Source of the DNA: Octopus bimaculoides | Taxonomy: Eukaryota | DNA: 64,000 nucleotides | NCBI RefSeq assembly: GCF_001194135.2 | Contig: NC_068985.1 | Coordinates: forward strand, 44,281,372 to 44,345,371 | Direction of reading: 5' to 3' | Shown here: piece by piece, positions 24,380-36,528 of the stretch | Position numbering within the stretch: the first letter of the stretch is position 1 | Layout of the letters: every line of letters starts with the position of its first letter | Position numbers and translations under genes: made by a program | The notes under the pieces: generated by a model | The model's input: the letters and a program-made list of their open reading frames with translations, nothing else | Databases searched by the model: none | What the model was told of the DNA's origin: nothing

Positions 24380-25244
24380 CAGGGTGTTCCAGAAAAATTT
24401 GACAGAAAACAATATCTCATCCAAAAATAAAAGTATTTAAAAAAGATTAAAAAATATCAACTAAATTATGGATGGGAAATAATAATTTACTCAGAGTAGT
24501 TGCTCTTAGCTTCAACCATGGATGCAAGGTGGCTCTAGAATCTGGTGCATTCGTTCTTCACTGTATCTCTGAGAAGATCTCCAAACACTTTGTTCAATTT
24601 GGCCACCAGCAGGGCCATGGTGCTGCAGGTAGAGTGGTTGGTGTCTTTCTCATCTGTGCTCCACACAAAGTAATCAGGGGAACTAGAAGGCCAGAAATTA
24701 AGGCTGGCAAAATCATAGAAATTCTCCAACACTCAGCTCAGACCCTTTCCAAAGGTATGGTAAGGAGCTGAATCCTATTGTTAAAATACATATGACCTTC
24801 CAGCAGCAACCCTCTCCAGCTAGACTTTGACACATTCTTCAGCAGCTTCACATAACTGTCTGAATTGAGCCTAAGGTCCTGTTTGAAGATGTGGAGATGA
24901 ATTCTGGCATGTAGAGGCAGTCAGAACACCTGCTGTGTCCTTTACTGCTGGCCACAGCTTTGTAGTCTCTATTACAGCTGAGCATGTTATATCTTACAGC
25001 CTTTCCTGTGTTCACAGAGCATTGAGCAGCAGTCATGAGGCCTGCATTTTGATACCCAGTGTGAATCATCATGATACAGGTAACTCTACTCCAATATTCA
25101 GAGTCCTTCATGTCAGCTAACATTTTCTGAACTACAACTTTAATCTTTATGCTCTTCAATGCCATTGACTGTTCACTAATAGATTAAGATGTTCCTGAAA
25201 AAAAGTGGACATTAAAAATCGTTAAATTTAGTCCAAACACCCAG
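24380..25244 (-). mobile_element. Internally deleted Tc1/mariner-superfamily transposon relic
   Basis: C-terminus RVAAGRSYVF*Q*DSAPYHT...ENFYDFASLNFWPSSSPDYFVWSTDEKDTN (QQDSAP and WPPxSPDLNPxDY motifs); N-terminal remnant at 24850-25110; imperfect TIRs cagggtgttcc.. and ..aaacacccag, each flanked by TA/CA. Confidence 0.8.
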
Positions 25245-25266
25245 TATACATTACTTTAAGCTACAA

Positions 25267-25314
25267 CTTGCCTGAAAACTCTGAGCACCTACAGGCGAAA
25301 CTCAGAGTAGCAAG
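25267..25314 (+). ncRNA. Degenerate minimal hammerhead motif
   Basis: Helix I cttgc/gcaag perfect; core CTGAAAA (G8->A); GAAA 25297-300; helix III ACTC-a-GAGT; GUA; aataaa ~20 nt downstream. Confidence 0.5.
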
Positions 25315-26994
25315 GGACTGACTCGATCAAAATAAAATATCAATCCCTACTATGGTATGAAGTGTGCTTTTCTTCAACAGTTAACACTAAATGGATATAT
25401 AAATATTATTACTATTATTTATATAATGTTATAATCTCATGACAGTGAATTGATAACGTTAAACAAAGGTTTCAAGCTGAAAATGCAGAAATAAATTTAG
25501 CAATTATCGGACATGGTTGATAATTGCTAAATTTGTCTCTATCCTTTATAATCATCAGAAATAATATACGATGGTCATTGGTGAAATAAATGTCTTTGAT
25601 CAAAAGATATCTCATTCAGAACTTACTAGGAAGTAAACAAATAGAAACAATAACAACAACTCATATAAAATATGTAGATCAATTTGTAAACTTTGGAAGC
25701 ACAAAATGCTAAAAAAAATAAAGAGAAAAACCCAGATTTGAATCTTTATTGGTTTCATAAGAAAGGGGAGATATTTACAAAGTAAGTAATCTCCAAGCAG
25801 TTGAATACAGACCTTGGTGTTGTGGTAACCAGTCACAGAAACAACGTATTGATGTAAAAGCAACAATATATATTATTTATTCAAATGTAGAGATTATAGT
25901 CAAAGATTTATCCTGACTGAACTACAATGTACAAGAGACAAATATAAGGAGAAAAAAAAGGTTCTCCAAGTTAGCTATTGATAAATGCAACTTAAAATGG
26001 TACAGTGACTTATTGATCGATAGAAGCAATATGACTATAGCATAAATTGACAGCCTGGCAACTCCAAGAGCTTCAACTATATATCATTCTTAAGACTAAA
26101 CTAGAATGCCATTAAGCTAATATTGGACATGTCAGTTCAAGAACGGAATCTGTGAGTAAAAAGAATTGCTAAACAATTGGAAAGCACCACTTGAAAATAC
26201 TTATTCATTTAGAAGGAAAACGGTTGACTGACTAAAATAAAGAGAATCCATTGATAAAGACAGTCAATGGAATAATGAATAAAGAACAATGAGGGGAAAA
26301 AAGTCAAAGAAAAAATAAAAGACTGAAATTGTGAGAAAGGACAAAAGATTGATTATGAAGATATAAGATATAGAAGAAAATGTTCTTTTTGACAAACTGT
26401 TTTCTATTAGAATGAAATGAATATGTCAGAATATATACATGATTCTATCATAGTGGAATTTGTTGAGACTACACTGAAATCAGGAAATAATTCATTGGAA
26501 CTGATTAAAAGAAGGATGGAAAGAGGGAAGGATAAAATAAATAAAGGAATGGAAGCAACAATCTAAATATAGATATGGATAAATATGGTCCAATCTGAAT
26601 ATTAAAATTGCTGGTCGGCAAGATTATATAATCACTGTGATGGATGATGTTAGTGATGGTGGTGGTCGTAGTGATGATTGTGGTGAGAAGAAGCTGGCTG
26701 CAATAAAATGATGAGGCTGAAGCTGTTTTTTGGAAATAATGAATAAATGATATCCCACAGGATTTGTAAATGAATGTCAACTCTAGAACTACACATGACC
26801 AATAAAGGAATCAATATAATACACTGGTTCCATAATGGCTAACCATTATTTCCAATAAATTCTTCTACTAGGGACAATACATTTATGATTGGGATACAAT
26901 TTTGATATTGTGCTTCTTGTTTTTTTCATGTTATTAATAATTTTGCATGATTTTCAGTACAATTTGCCCCTTTAGCATGTAAAAGATGCTGTTA

Positions 26995-27245
26995 GATAAC
27001 TAAGCTAACTAAATAGTTAAGCCATCTATACAATTTAGCTGTCTATATAATTTAACCATTTATATAATGTAGTCAATATATAATTAGCCATTTATATATT
27101 TTAACGATCTAGATAATTTAATCATCTAAACAATTTAGCCAGCTAAGTAACTAAGTAGTCTATATATTTTAAGTCATCTATATAGTTAGTTATTTATATA
27201 ACTTAGCCACCTACACAATTTAAGCCATCACTATAATTTAGCTAT
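26995..27245. repeat. Degenerate ~17-bp minisatellite (TAGCCATCTATATAATT-like)
   Basis: About 14 diverged units read directly. Confidence 0.75.
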
Positions 27246-28639
27246 GTTAATGTTTCACACTGAATTATGTTCATTATTATTATTAGTGGTTCTTTCATCA
27301 ACTGATGAGGTTGAATAATATTGAAATATGTCTAGAGTTGTCTCCCATACTCGCTGATATAATTTAAATAATACTTGTCATAGAGTTCACGTTGTCTTTT
27401 CCTCACCACATATGTGCTTCTAATTAAAACTGTGGTACTCTCTGTAATAAATAAATCAACACTAATTTAATAATATATTTTAACTCGTCTATAATTAAAC
27501 AGCCTACATCATTTAGGCTATCTATAAATTAATATCACTTCCCTTATTTCAATCACTTATAATTGGTTTCAGACAAATGGTAAAGTAAAGTCAGTCAGCT
27601 GTTGCATGTAGGACTTCTGTTTGATGACTGAACATATTGGGCAATTCCATGATTGCTACACATGGATACACATGCTACTTTGATACACATGGATACAGAA
27701 TATAGTGGGATCAAAGTTTTTGGCTTCTTTGATTTAAATGACATAAGCATTTACAACAATTTAGGTAAAATACTGATTACTCAATCTTTGCCTTTGATTT
27801 ATAATATAAACACTTTAAAATAAGTGGTTTGTACTTATAAAACCAGAAGTAGATTTGGTATTGAAAGCATCCACATTCAACAACTGTTATTCATTTAATT
27901 TCAGTATTTTCCATGCTAGCATAGCTTGAATAGAAATTGGTTTTGAGGCAAGATTTTACAGCTCTTTTTGTCTCCAACCTTCACTTGTTTTTAGGCATGA
28001 AACTTTTATATTCTAAAGATACAGCCCTCTCCCCGCAAACACACAGAATAAATGCATTCATACAAACAATATATATACATAAAAGGACAACAAATGGAAA
28101 ATATGACCTACCTATATATATAATTAAAAAAAAACGTGAAGTAAATAAACACATGAACATATACTAAATACACAGGTGGACAGAAAACATAGGTAATCAA
28201 TACTTCATCAGTTATCAGCCAGAGGAGTCAATTGCAATTCAGCCATTATCGATGATATTGCTTCCACTCTGGAGGGACCAACAAGAAACTTGCAGGGAAT
28301 TGAACCTAAACATAACAAAACGAAATGAGCTCGAGATGAGACCGTTAGTGAACGAACGGGGAACAGAATAAACAGAATAAAGGCTTAGAGCCACATGAAG
28401 ACAACAATTAATAATGATAATGCATATACAATGTAAAACCTTAGGGCTGCAAGACAAGACAAAAATAGGGCTGCAAGACAAGACAAAGCTGGTGATGATT
28501 TTTAAAATGAGAATATCTGAAATAAACTTGATTCCTCTCACAAACAAGAATTCTAAAAATGAACCCAACCGCTCTCAAAAATTAAGTAAAAAACCAGGTA
28601 AAATAATCCAGAATCCTTGTTCAGTATCAGATTGATCCC

Positions 28640-28910
28640 AATGGTAGTCATGGAATATGAAGGTGGGTGTGCAGGCCGTGTTTGTAATGCTGTGTGTGTG
28701 TCGTCTGCAGTGGGAACAGGGACAGTTGCCTCTATGAAGGCCTTTTTCATTCTATCCACTGATATAGTGTCTTTACAACCATTAAGGTCTATAGTGAAAA
28801 ATTTATCTGTGCATGAAAGAAAACAGAAAGGACCTGGATACAGTGCTGTTAATGGAGGTTTAACAACATCATTGTGCACAAAAACATGAGTCCAAGAAGT
28901 AAAGCTTCCT
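28640..28910 (-). pseudogene. Ty3/Gypsy integrase C-terminal (GPY/F) fragment
   Basis: SWTHVFVHNDVVKPPLTALYPGPFCFLSCTDKFFTIDLNGCKDTISVDRMKKAFIE fits the THVFVR..PL..PY.GP(F/Y)..IDRLKPA pattern. Confidence 0.8.
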
Positions 28911-29288
28911 TCAAGGCAGAGCTAGAAATGAAATTGTCAAGTAGGTAGGTTTTAAACAGGGGCGATATATTCAAAATTGGTAAAACTAAAAACTTTTGAG
29001 GATAAATTAAATTTATTATTGTTACTGAATGTGTTAGTGTTATTTAATTTCTGAATGGTTTTGCTGCTGTTTGTTTATGTAGTTCGATTACTTTATCCAT
29101 CAGTTTCTACTAAGTTAGAGATGTAAGTAAAATTAATAATAGAGAAACGAAAATAAAACTTTGGAAACAGCAATGCCACCGTAGCTTACATGGAAACCAT
29201 GTGCGTGCTTTCAAGGGAGATAATCAGAGAAAGACTTGAAAGTCAATGCAAGATCATAATACTTCATATAAAGTAAAATGAATATAAC

Positions 29289-29477
29289 AAATAATCTAGA
29301 ATCCTTGTCCGGTACCAGATCAATCCCAAAATGTAACTAGTTCGTGCCAATCACAATGCCAAACATCCCTGAAAGTTTCATCTGAATCCATCCAGCGGTT
29401 CTTGAGATAGGTTGCCCACGGTCAAACAAAGAAACAAACACGACTGACAACAATACCTCTGCCTTCGCTAAGGCAGA

Positions 29478-29481
<4 letters not shown>
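29289..29481. mobile_element. Non-autonomous Helitron/Helentron-like (HINE-type) element end
   Basis: Terminal 12-bp perfect hairpin tacctctgcctt-cgct-aaggcagaggta (29454-29481) next to an (AAAC)-like tract; family assignment from recalled architecture. Confidence 0.5.
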
Positions 29482-29512
<31 letters not shown>

Positions 29513-29522
29513 TAATAATAAA

Positions 29523-30078
29523 TGCCCTGATGCAATTCCAGGCAGTGGCTCCCATGGCTTCAGATCTTAACTGATTGGAAGTGTTATCATGCACATTGTT
29601 TTAACTTGGAATACAAGATGGGCTACAGTAACTATTCTACTCAATATCACAGATTTGCTTGTCAGTTGTTTGACCGTAACCAGTTGAGCATATCTCTTGG
29701 TGGCTGACGATATGTGCATCTCTGATCATGAGCAGAAGTAGTGGGGGAGCATCATAGCCATGTGTTGAGAGGAATTCTTTGGAGTTTAGCTAATTCACCT
29801 TTGGAAACATGGGTATTTCGTTCATCATCCTTAAACAACCCTTATTCAGGGACCCTTTGAGTGGGATGGGTCACTCGACCTGAAGAAAATTCTAACTGTG
29901 CCCCACCTGCAAGGTCATGCACTGTTTATCTTGATATGAGATCACTGTGTCGTGCACATATAGTTGTGATGCATGTACCTGGTGTACCCTTATCAAGTAG
30001 GTAGTGATGATGGGTATACTGGGCTTCATATATTTTACCCCAGTGTCATTTTGATGGCATGCACTGCTCTCTCACTCA
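29523..30078. mobile_element. ~560-bp AAT-flanked interspersed repeat, most intact copy
   Basis: (AAT)n on both sides (29480-29520 and 30078-30105); colinear with 2135-2697. Confidence 0.8.
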
Positions 30079-30119
30079 ATAATAATGATAATAATAATAA
30101 TAATCACCATCATTGTTCT

Positions 30120-30346
30120 ATAATCCTTGTGTTATAGTATTTCTGTTGAAATGCACCACTGTTGTTCCAGTTAATTTTGAAAATAACGAAAAATTTAGTA
30201 AAATAACTTTGTCATTATTAATCTAGTGTTTGCAACATAAATTAACACAAAATTTTGATGGAATATCTTTAGACGACTTTAAAATGGCAAGTTTTGTGTC
30301 ACAGAACCAAGGGTGGATTGAGGCAGTTTGATATCAAAAGGATTAA
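30120..30346 (+). mobile_element. piggyBac-like MITE
   Basis: Ends ..atcaaaaggattaa; body shared with 62784-62992 and 41615-41790 (-). Confidence 0.5.
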
Positions 30347-31690
30347 TATCTGGCTTCCAAACCAGCATGGGAGGGACTCATCTGGCAAAATAAAATTACA
30401 AACAAGAACAGAAATTAAAAAAAAAAACACTTTAGATCTACTCATGAAAATGAATAGTGGTTTATGCCTATAAATTACAAAAACTTTTGAATTTAGTTTC
30501 ACAAAAGTGAAACAGTCAGACAACATTTAGAATTTAAAAAAAAACTGCTAAAGGAATAACTTTGTAAATTTTATCTACTTTTAATAGAAAAAAAATCCCC
30601 CATTTATCGAGTGTCAAATGTTAAAAATAAAAGGAAAAGCATCATTAAGAAATTCCATTGTAAAAGTATACCGTTTATCAGAATTTATAGCTGAATAAAT
30701 ACTTGAGAAAGCAGCATAGTGTGAAATGTCAATAGGAGATTGATATGGAGCAGAAATCAAATATTATTCTGATAAAATCAGGATATCATATGAAATGGCT
30801 TGTAACAAGTTGCTGGTAAAACTGCTACAAATGGTTACATTTAAAATTAGTGTCTTGAAATGGAAAGTATCATAGACAGCTGGGGTTTACATGGTAAATG
30901 ATGCTATACTAACTGAAGAATTTTTATAAAATGGTGGAACCTTAAAGACTGTTGATATACATCAGCAAAACATACACAAAAGCACATTCACATATAGTGC
31001 AAAGACAAGAAACATTAAGAAAATGGAAGAAAAATGTTTTACAAATATGGTATTAATTTAATGCTTCAATAGAAAAACTATCTTAATGTTTTGGATGTTA
31101 GTCTTTGTCAGACGAAAAGCTAGAAAGAGAGAGGAGCATAGAGATTGAAAAGGGAATCGTGAAAAAAAACAACAATGGGGTGGTGGTGGAGGGTTAAAAA
31201 AACTATGTGGGAATGCTGCCTTATGGAGAGAAATTAAGAGGGAAGAAAGGGATGTGTGTATAAATGCATTAGAGTATACCTGAATCTAGAGATAGGCTTA
31301 AAGGGGACTGGTGTGTGTGGGCGTGTATGTTAGTGTGATGTATGTATGTGTATAGATGTCTACAAGAGTGAAAGTACAGTGGTGTTGGTTGATGATGAGG
31401 ACGTTGGTATGTGTGTGTCTGTGTTAAAGCAACAAGATGATGGGTGAATGAACACAGGGGTTCCTTGGCTCAGACATGCTGTCTCCTCTCTCTCCCTCTC
31501 TATAATGACCTCTGCTCCTCAGAACCAGTTGGTCACAAGCCACCTCCATTCAAGCACTTGAAATTCACTTGTTCCTCTACTCATTACTAGTGTTGGATCC
31601 ACCACCCCCAACACACTAATCCCTATATCCAGTCCTTCTACCACAGAACATTGACCTTCTAGAATTTCCTCCCTGTATATGTCTTTGTAG

Positions 31691-31792
31691 GTATTAACTT
31701 GCAGAATTAAGCAGAATGCGAATGGTATTGATCTCATCCATCTTGAAGGGCATGTGAAGACTATTGGCATTGCCTCTTTCAGTACAAAAAAG
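31691..31792 (+). CDS. Probable internal coding exon (phase 0/0) of a WD40-like protein
   Basis: Acceptor cctccctgtatatgtctttgtag and donor aag|gtaaat; 102 nt open as VLTCRIKQNANGIDLIHLEGHVKTIGIASFSTKK; LEGH-xxx-I-xx-A-S-FS fits the WD40 GH-strand spacing; not a repeat seen elsewhere in the window. Confidence 0.5.
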
Positions 31793-33544
31793 GTAAATAT
31801 TTTAGCAAGTAAAAAGTAAAAAAAAACAAAACAAAAAAAGAAGAAAGATTCTGAGAATCATTGGTTTCTCTTTTTGGCTTTAGAATAAAATCTGAATATT
31901 AAACAATCTAAAAAAACAAAACAAAAAAAAAAACGAACTAAAAAGACTATTAAAATGATTATAAGTAAAAATTCTTGAAATATCTAAATTTGTCTTTTTA
32001 TGGAAGCTACTTGTTTTGATTGTTAGTAAGTAACATCGACTAATTGGTATCTACAAAAAGATGAATTTCCTTTGGAAAGACAAAGGTTTTTGATTGAAAA
32101 GTCTGTGAGTAGAAGAGGAAGATGAGAGAATTCAGTGAAATATATAGCATAGGAGATTGAAATATGGTGTTAATTCAATATAACAGCACCAACAGCAGTA
32201 AAAGGAAGACACCAAGATTATTCTATAGTTCTTTATTATTGACTCTTTGAATGTCTTTCTTCTTCATCTTTCTGATAAAAGACATCCTCTCGATTACACA
32301 AAAACATACATGCACATGTGCACCCATACATATGTATATACAGACACAAGACACATACAGATACACATGTACATATATACATACTGACATAGACATATGT
32401 ACACACACATACACACACACTGAAAATAGATCCTTTTCTTTTTTTTTTTAAATATCTTTATCAATGATTAAGAATTTGTTTTTAGCTCACCATCTTTTAC
32501 ATCTATATACAATAATACATGTGATTGTATGTATGCATGGTGCGTGTGTGTGTGTGTGTGTGTGTGTACGTACAGTCATGTACAAAACAAAAATAAAACA
32601 AAACAAAGCAAAATCCAGAAGTAATGCAGTCATGCACACAGATGTACAGACACACAATATACTTATATACCAAAACAGAATATATTCATAAGCATATACA
32701 TATATAGAAACACAAAATGTGTACACACATATATATTCACATACACAAAATATATACATAAAAAAACCCGATATATATTCACACACAGAATACATGCATC
32801 ACAAACATACATACATATCTACATATATATACATATCATCTATTTCTTACTGTAATTATTTTTAGATGAGACCAAGTAGTAAAGGATAAAAGTACCAGAA
32901 GATGTGGATGTGGTTGGAATTATAGAGAAGAATGGAAAGGAATGGCATAAGGCTGGGAGATATATCCAAAGGAGGAAGGAGAGAGAGAGGAAAAGGAAGA
33001 GAAGAAGAAGAAGGAGCAGATATGAAAGGATGAAACAAAATTGGTGAAAATAACAAATAAAAAAAAAAAAGAAATTATAACTTGTAGTGATTATAGAATT
33101 TATAAGAAGAAGAGTTCTTTAATGAAATTGGAATAGAATAAATGGCACAGGAATAATGGCCAGTCATGCCAAAACCAGCAAAGCAGTTGAAGTGTTGGTA
33201 GTAACATCTTTATAGAGATAGCAAAGTAACAGGCATCACATTTACAGTGCACCACCATCACATTATGATCTGACGATGATGATGATGGCAACGGTGATGA
33301 CGACGACCACGACGACCACGGCCACCACAAAGACAGACCTCTTTCTGAAGTAAATTCAAAGAAACTGTATTTCACAAACAACCTTAATGAATCCATTATT
33401 TTGTAGTTTTTACATGAAGTGCTACCCACTAACTCCCCACTTTTGACATAAATCACTACTCCATTATCGCCCCACTTTTCTCCAACGCCTCCTTGGAACT
33501 TTCCACTGCCCCCAGGGGGAAATACCTCCCACTTTGGGAACCAC

Positions 33545-33697
33545 TAGTGAATGGCATTAGGGAGGGCATCCAGCCATAGAAACCAAGCCAAACCAGACTG
33601 GAACCTGGTGCAGCCTTCTGGCTTACCAATTCCAGTCAAACCATCTAATCCATGCTAGCATGGCAAAAAGGATGCTAAATGATGATAATGATGATGA
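33545..33697 (+). mobile_element. RTE-tailed SINE 3' part
   Basis: ggcattagggagggcatccagccatagaaacc...atccatgctagcatgg..gctaaatgatgat. Confidence 0.7.
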
Positions 33698-33919
33698 ATT
33701 CTGGTATAAAAAGGCAGGGGAGACAACCCTGCAGAATTAATTAAAAATAAATATGTAAACACACTGGTGGTGGGATGTGAGTATGTACCATTTGTGACAA
33801 CTGACAACTCTGAGGTTAACCCATGGCTAAACAACACACAACCCTACCAGATTATATTAGCTTAGTAACACCGACGATGCTGATGGTATCAATGGTAATG
33901 ATAATGACAAATACTCAGC

Positions 33920-34300
33920 AGTATTTCTTTTGACTCTTTATGTTTTGAGTTCAGTTCCCATTGTGGTCAGCTTTGCCTTTCATCCTTTTGTGAGTAACAA
34001 AATAAAGCAAGAGTCAAGTACTGAAGTTGATGTAGCTGACTTTCCCCTCCCTTCAAAATTGTAGGCCTTGTGTCAAGATTAGAGAGAATTATTAAAGGCA
34101 ACAAGTTAGCAGAATTATTAGCATGCAGGACAAAATGCTTAGTGATACTTCTCCCAGTTTTACATTCTGAGTTCAAATGCTACCATGGTTGACTTTTCTT
34201 TTTATTGTTTTAGGGTTGATAAAATAAGTACCAGTCAAGCACTAGAGACAATATAATTGGCTTTCTCCTTCCCTTAAAACTTCTAACTTTATGCCAAAAA
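33920..34300 (+). mobile_element. Two tandem SINE family C copies
   Basis: Repeated ttctgagttca..gctttgcctttcatcc / gttgataaaataagtaccagtc segments. Confidence 0.6.
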
Positions 34301-35224
34301 TTATTAAGTATTATCATTATTATTATCGTTGTTGTGGTCTTTGACAGGTCTGACAATGGTTTCTTTTGACAAGGCAGGAATCCAATCTCAAAGAGGTGTG
34401 ATAGTGATATAACTAAGAGTTGAGAATAATAATATTAAGATTTCTGATGAGTATGACATTTTCTAATTAATCTTCAACAGAAAATATCCAGTCATCACAG
34501 ATACAAACAGGTTTCAAACAACTCATCACTTAACCATTTCTAACAACTGTTGATTTGAGCCATTTCTGATAATCAATCAACATGGATATATATTTTCAAT
34601 ATTTGATATTCACCTCTTCCTCCCCTTGTTTTTCTCTCACTCCTACCACTCTATTTCACTCTAATACGCTCTCTTCTTTCACCCTTCAGGCATCACTCTC
34701 CCCTCTGACCACTTCCTTGGTCATGTTTGAGCTGAGAAATGGAGCCAATACAAAATGTATCTCTTATGTAGTGCTACAATAAAATGCATCCAATGCACTC
34801 TTATAAGTGCTGAAATGCATGATATCACAAGAATCATGCTAACGTTGTTTACATTCATTTTAAAGGAATTAAAGATCTCTCTAAAATTAGCAAGAAAACA
34901 CTAATTCTTTCTTGTGTCATTCATTTCTCTTATGTAACAGAATCATTGCTAGACTTCACGACAGGATGCCAAGAGTTAATTAGACTGTCAATTAGTTATA
35001 ATGTGTGTAACTCAGAAAGCCATCACCAATACTGGTGTGATGATCGTAGGTTTAGTTTATACTTTATCCAATGACCCATGCATTAGTTAGACTGCTAGTG
35101 TGATCTTGGTTATTTTAAATGACAGTCACACTGAAAGATTAAAAAGTATGGCAAAAACCAGTGGTCTCTTCATTTGCTGAACAACTTTGCTTCAAATATG
35201 TGTCTGTTACAAGTAATTGGCTTT

Positions 35225-35425
35225 GTTGATGCTACTATATCTGTGATGAGAAAGTGAATATGTTAATAATCTCCCTCAAATCACATCCCACCATTATAAC
35301 AAAAAAGTATGCATTTAGATAATGTAAACCCAGGATACCATTAGAAAGATGGGACAGCCATGATGGAATACCAGAGGTCATAAAGCTGTTCTAAATCTTG
35401 AGTTAAACGACAACAACAACAAAGA
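35225..35425 (+). mobile_element. Interspersed repeat family E ((CAA)n-tailed)
   Basis: tctccctcaaatcacatccc..gataatgta..gatgggacagccatgatggaat..ttaaacgacaacaacaac; also at 50415-50592 and on the minus strand at 52325-52505 and 61195-61400. Confidence 0.6.
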
Positions 35426-36274
35426 GATAAGAAGGGAGTATTTCACTTAACACTATAGAGAATCTGTTGTTAGACATAGAAGTACATTGATTTTAAGTCA
35501 CACGGGGAGGGACATTTAGCTTTATCATAATTTATCTTTACATGGGATAACTGATGCAAAAATATGACCTCACCAATATTTATGGGACATTTAAATATAT
35601 CAGTAAGAGGAATTGAATGTCAACACAAGGTATTTAGCTGTTAACCATTCTTTTATATGATCAGACATACCAACTGGTTTTTAAGTACTCTTGATAATTT
35701 AGTTAAAAAAAAAATAAGTAAAAACTACAACCAAGGCAGAGCTTTTACCAATTTGTGTTTAGTTTACTGTAAAGAGTAAACAACAAGAGTAGAAACATTA
35801 GACTTCTGTACATTCACAGAAACAACACAAAAGAAACGTAATATTTAACTCTGAAGACAGTGCTTCAGAATGATCTTAGCCATAATGGGGTAAACAAATA
35901 AAAGGCAGGTAGAACACATCTCTGTTAACACATTAAGTACCATATGTTATAGCACACAAGTTGAATTTTAAGGCCAAAATTTACAGTCATAAAAAGTTAA
36001 GTCAACTTATGTACCAAAATGATTTTGGAATACCGAAAATTCCATGAGAAATGCAGTAGAATTTGGGAAGATGGTGATGATGTTTGACTACTTATGTTTC
36101 ATGCTCACAATATATACTATAGTGAATTGTGTGCTGGAAAATATGGTAATATGACAAATTTTTGTGCTTTCTAAGTGTAAGCATCTTGTACAACTCTCCC
36201 AGGTATTAGAGTAAATTTGGTAAATAGAAACTGTGCAGAAGCCCATTGTGTGTATGTATGCATACATGTCTATC

Positions 36275-36307
<33 letters not shown>

Positions 36308-36314
36308 ATATATA

Positions 36315-36528
36315 ACGGCAACCACTAAGTGGACAGTTAATGTGCTAGAAGAAGATCACATGTAATGTGTTTACTAAGACCTAATAGTTCTCAAATGAAA
36401 TTCAGTGAAATACCAAACCGTATGTCAGCAAGACAGTGAAAATTACATAAATAAAACATTATTATTTGTGAACCGGTTTCGAAATTAATATTCTCTTAGT
36501 GGAAATATCTGTTTCTCATCAGCACGAA
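36315..36528 (-). mobile_element. PLE 3'-terminal fragment inserted in the microsatellite of an old family A SINE
   Basis: Hammerhead at its 5' end; homologous to 18335-18490; SINE A pieces on both sides (36205-36250, 36740-36830). Confidence 0.6.
36465..36528 (-). ncRNA. Minimal type-I hammerhead ribozyme with canonical core
   Basis: Minus strand reads ttcgtg CTGATGA gaaa-cagatatttccactaagagaatattaa-tttc GAAA ccggt t cacaaa; G10.1-C11.1 pair; palindromic helix III ACCGGT; GUU triplet; helix I gtg/cac. Confidence 0.8.

Noticed and set aside
27295-27340. CTGATGA...GAAATATGTC hammerhead-like string (similar at 57030-57075, 7495-7535, 4170-4210, 21350-21400 minus)
   Set aside because: Helix I and/or II cannot be formed convincingly; at best very old relics
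31519-31770. Minus-strand 83-aa ORF
   Set aside because: Overlaps the better-supported plus-strand exon in antisense; no motif
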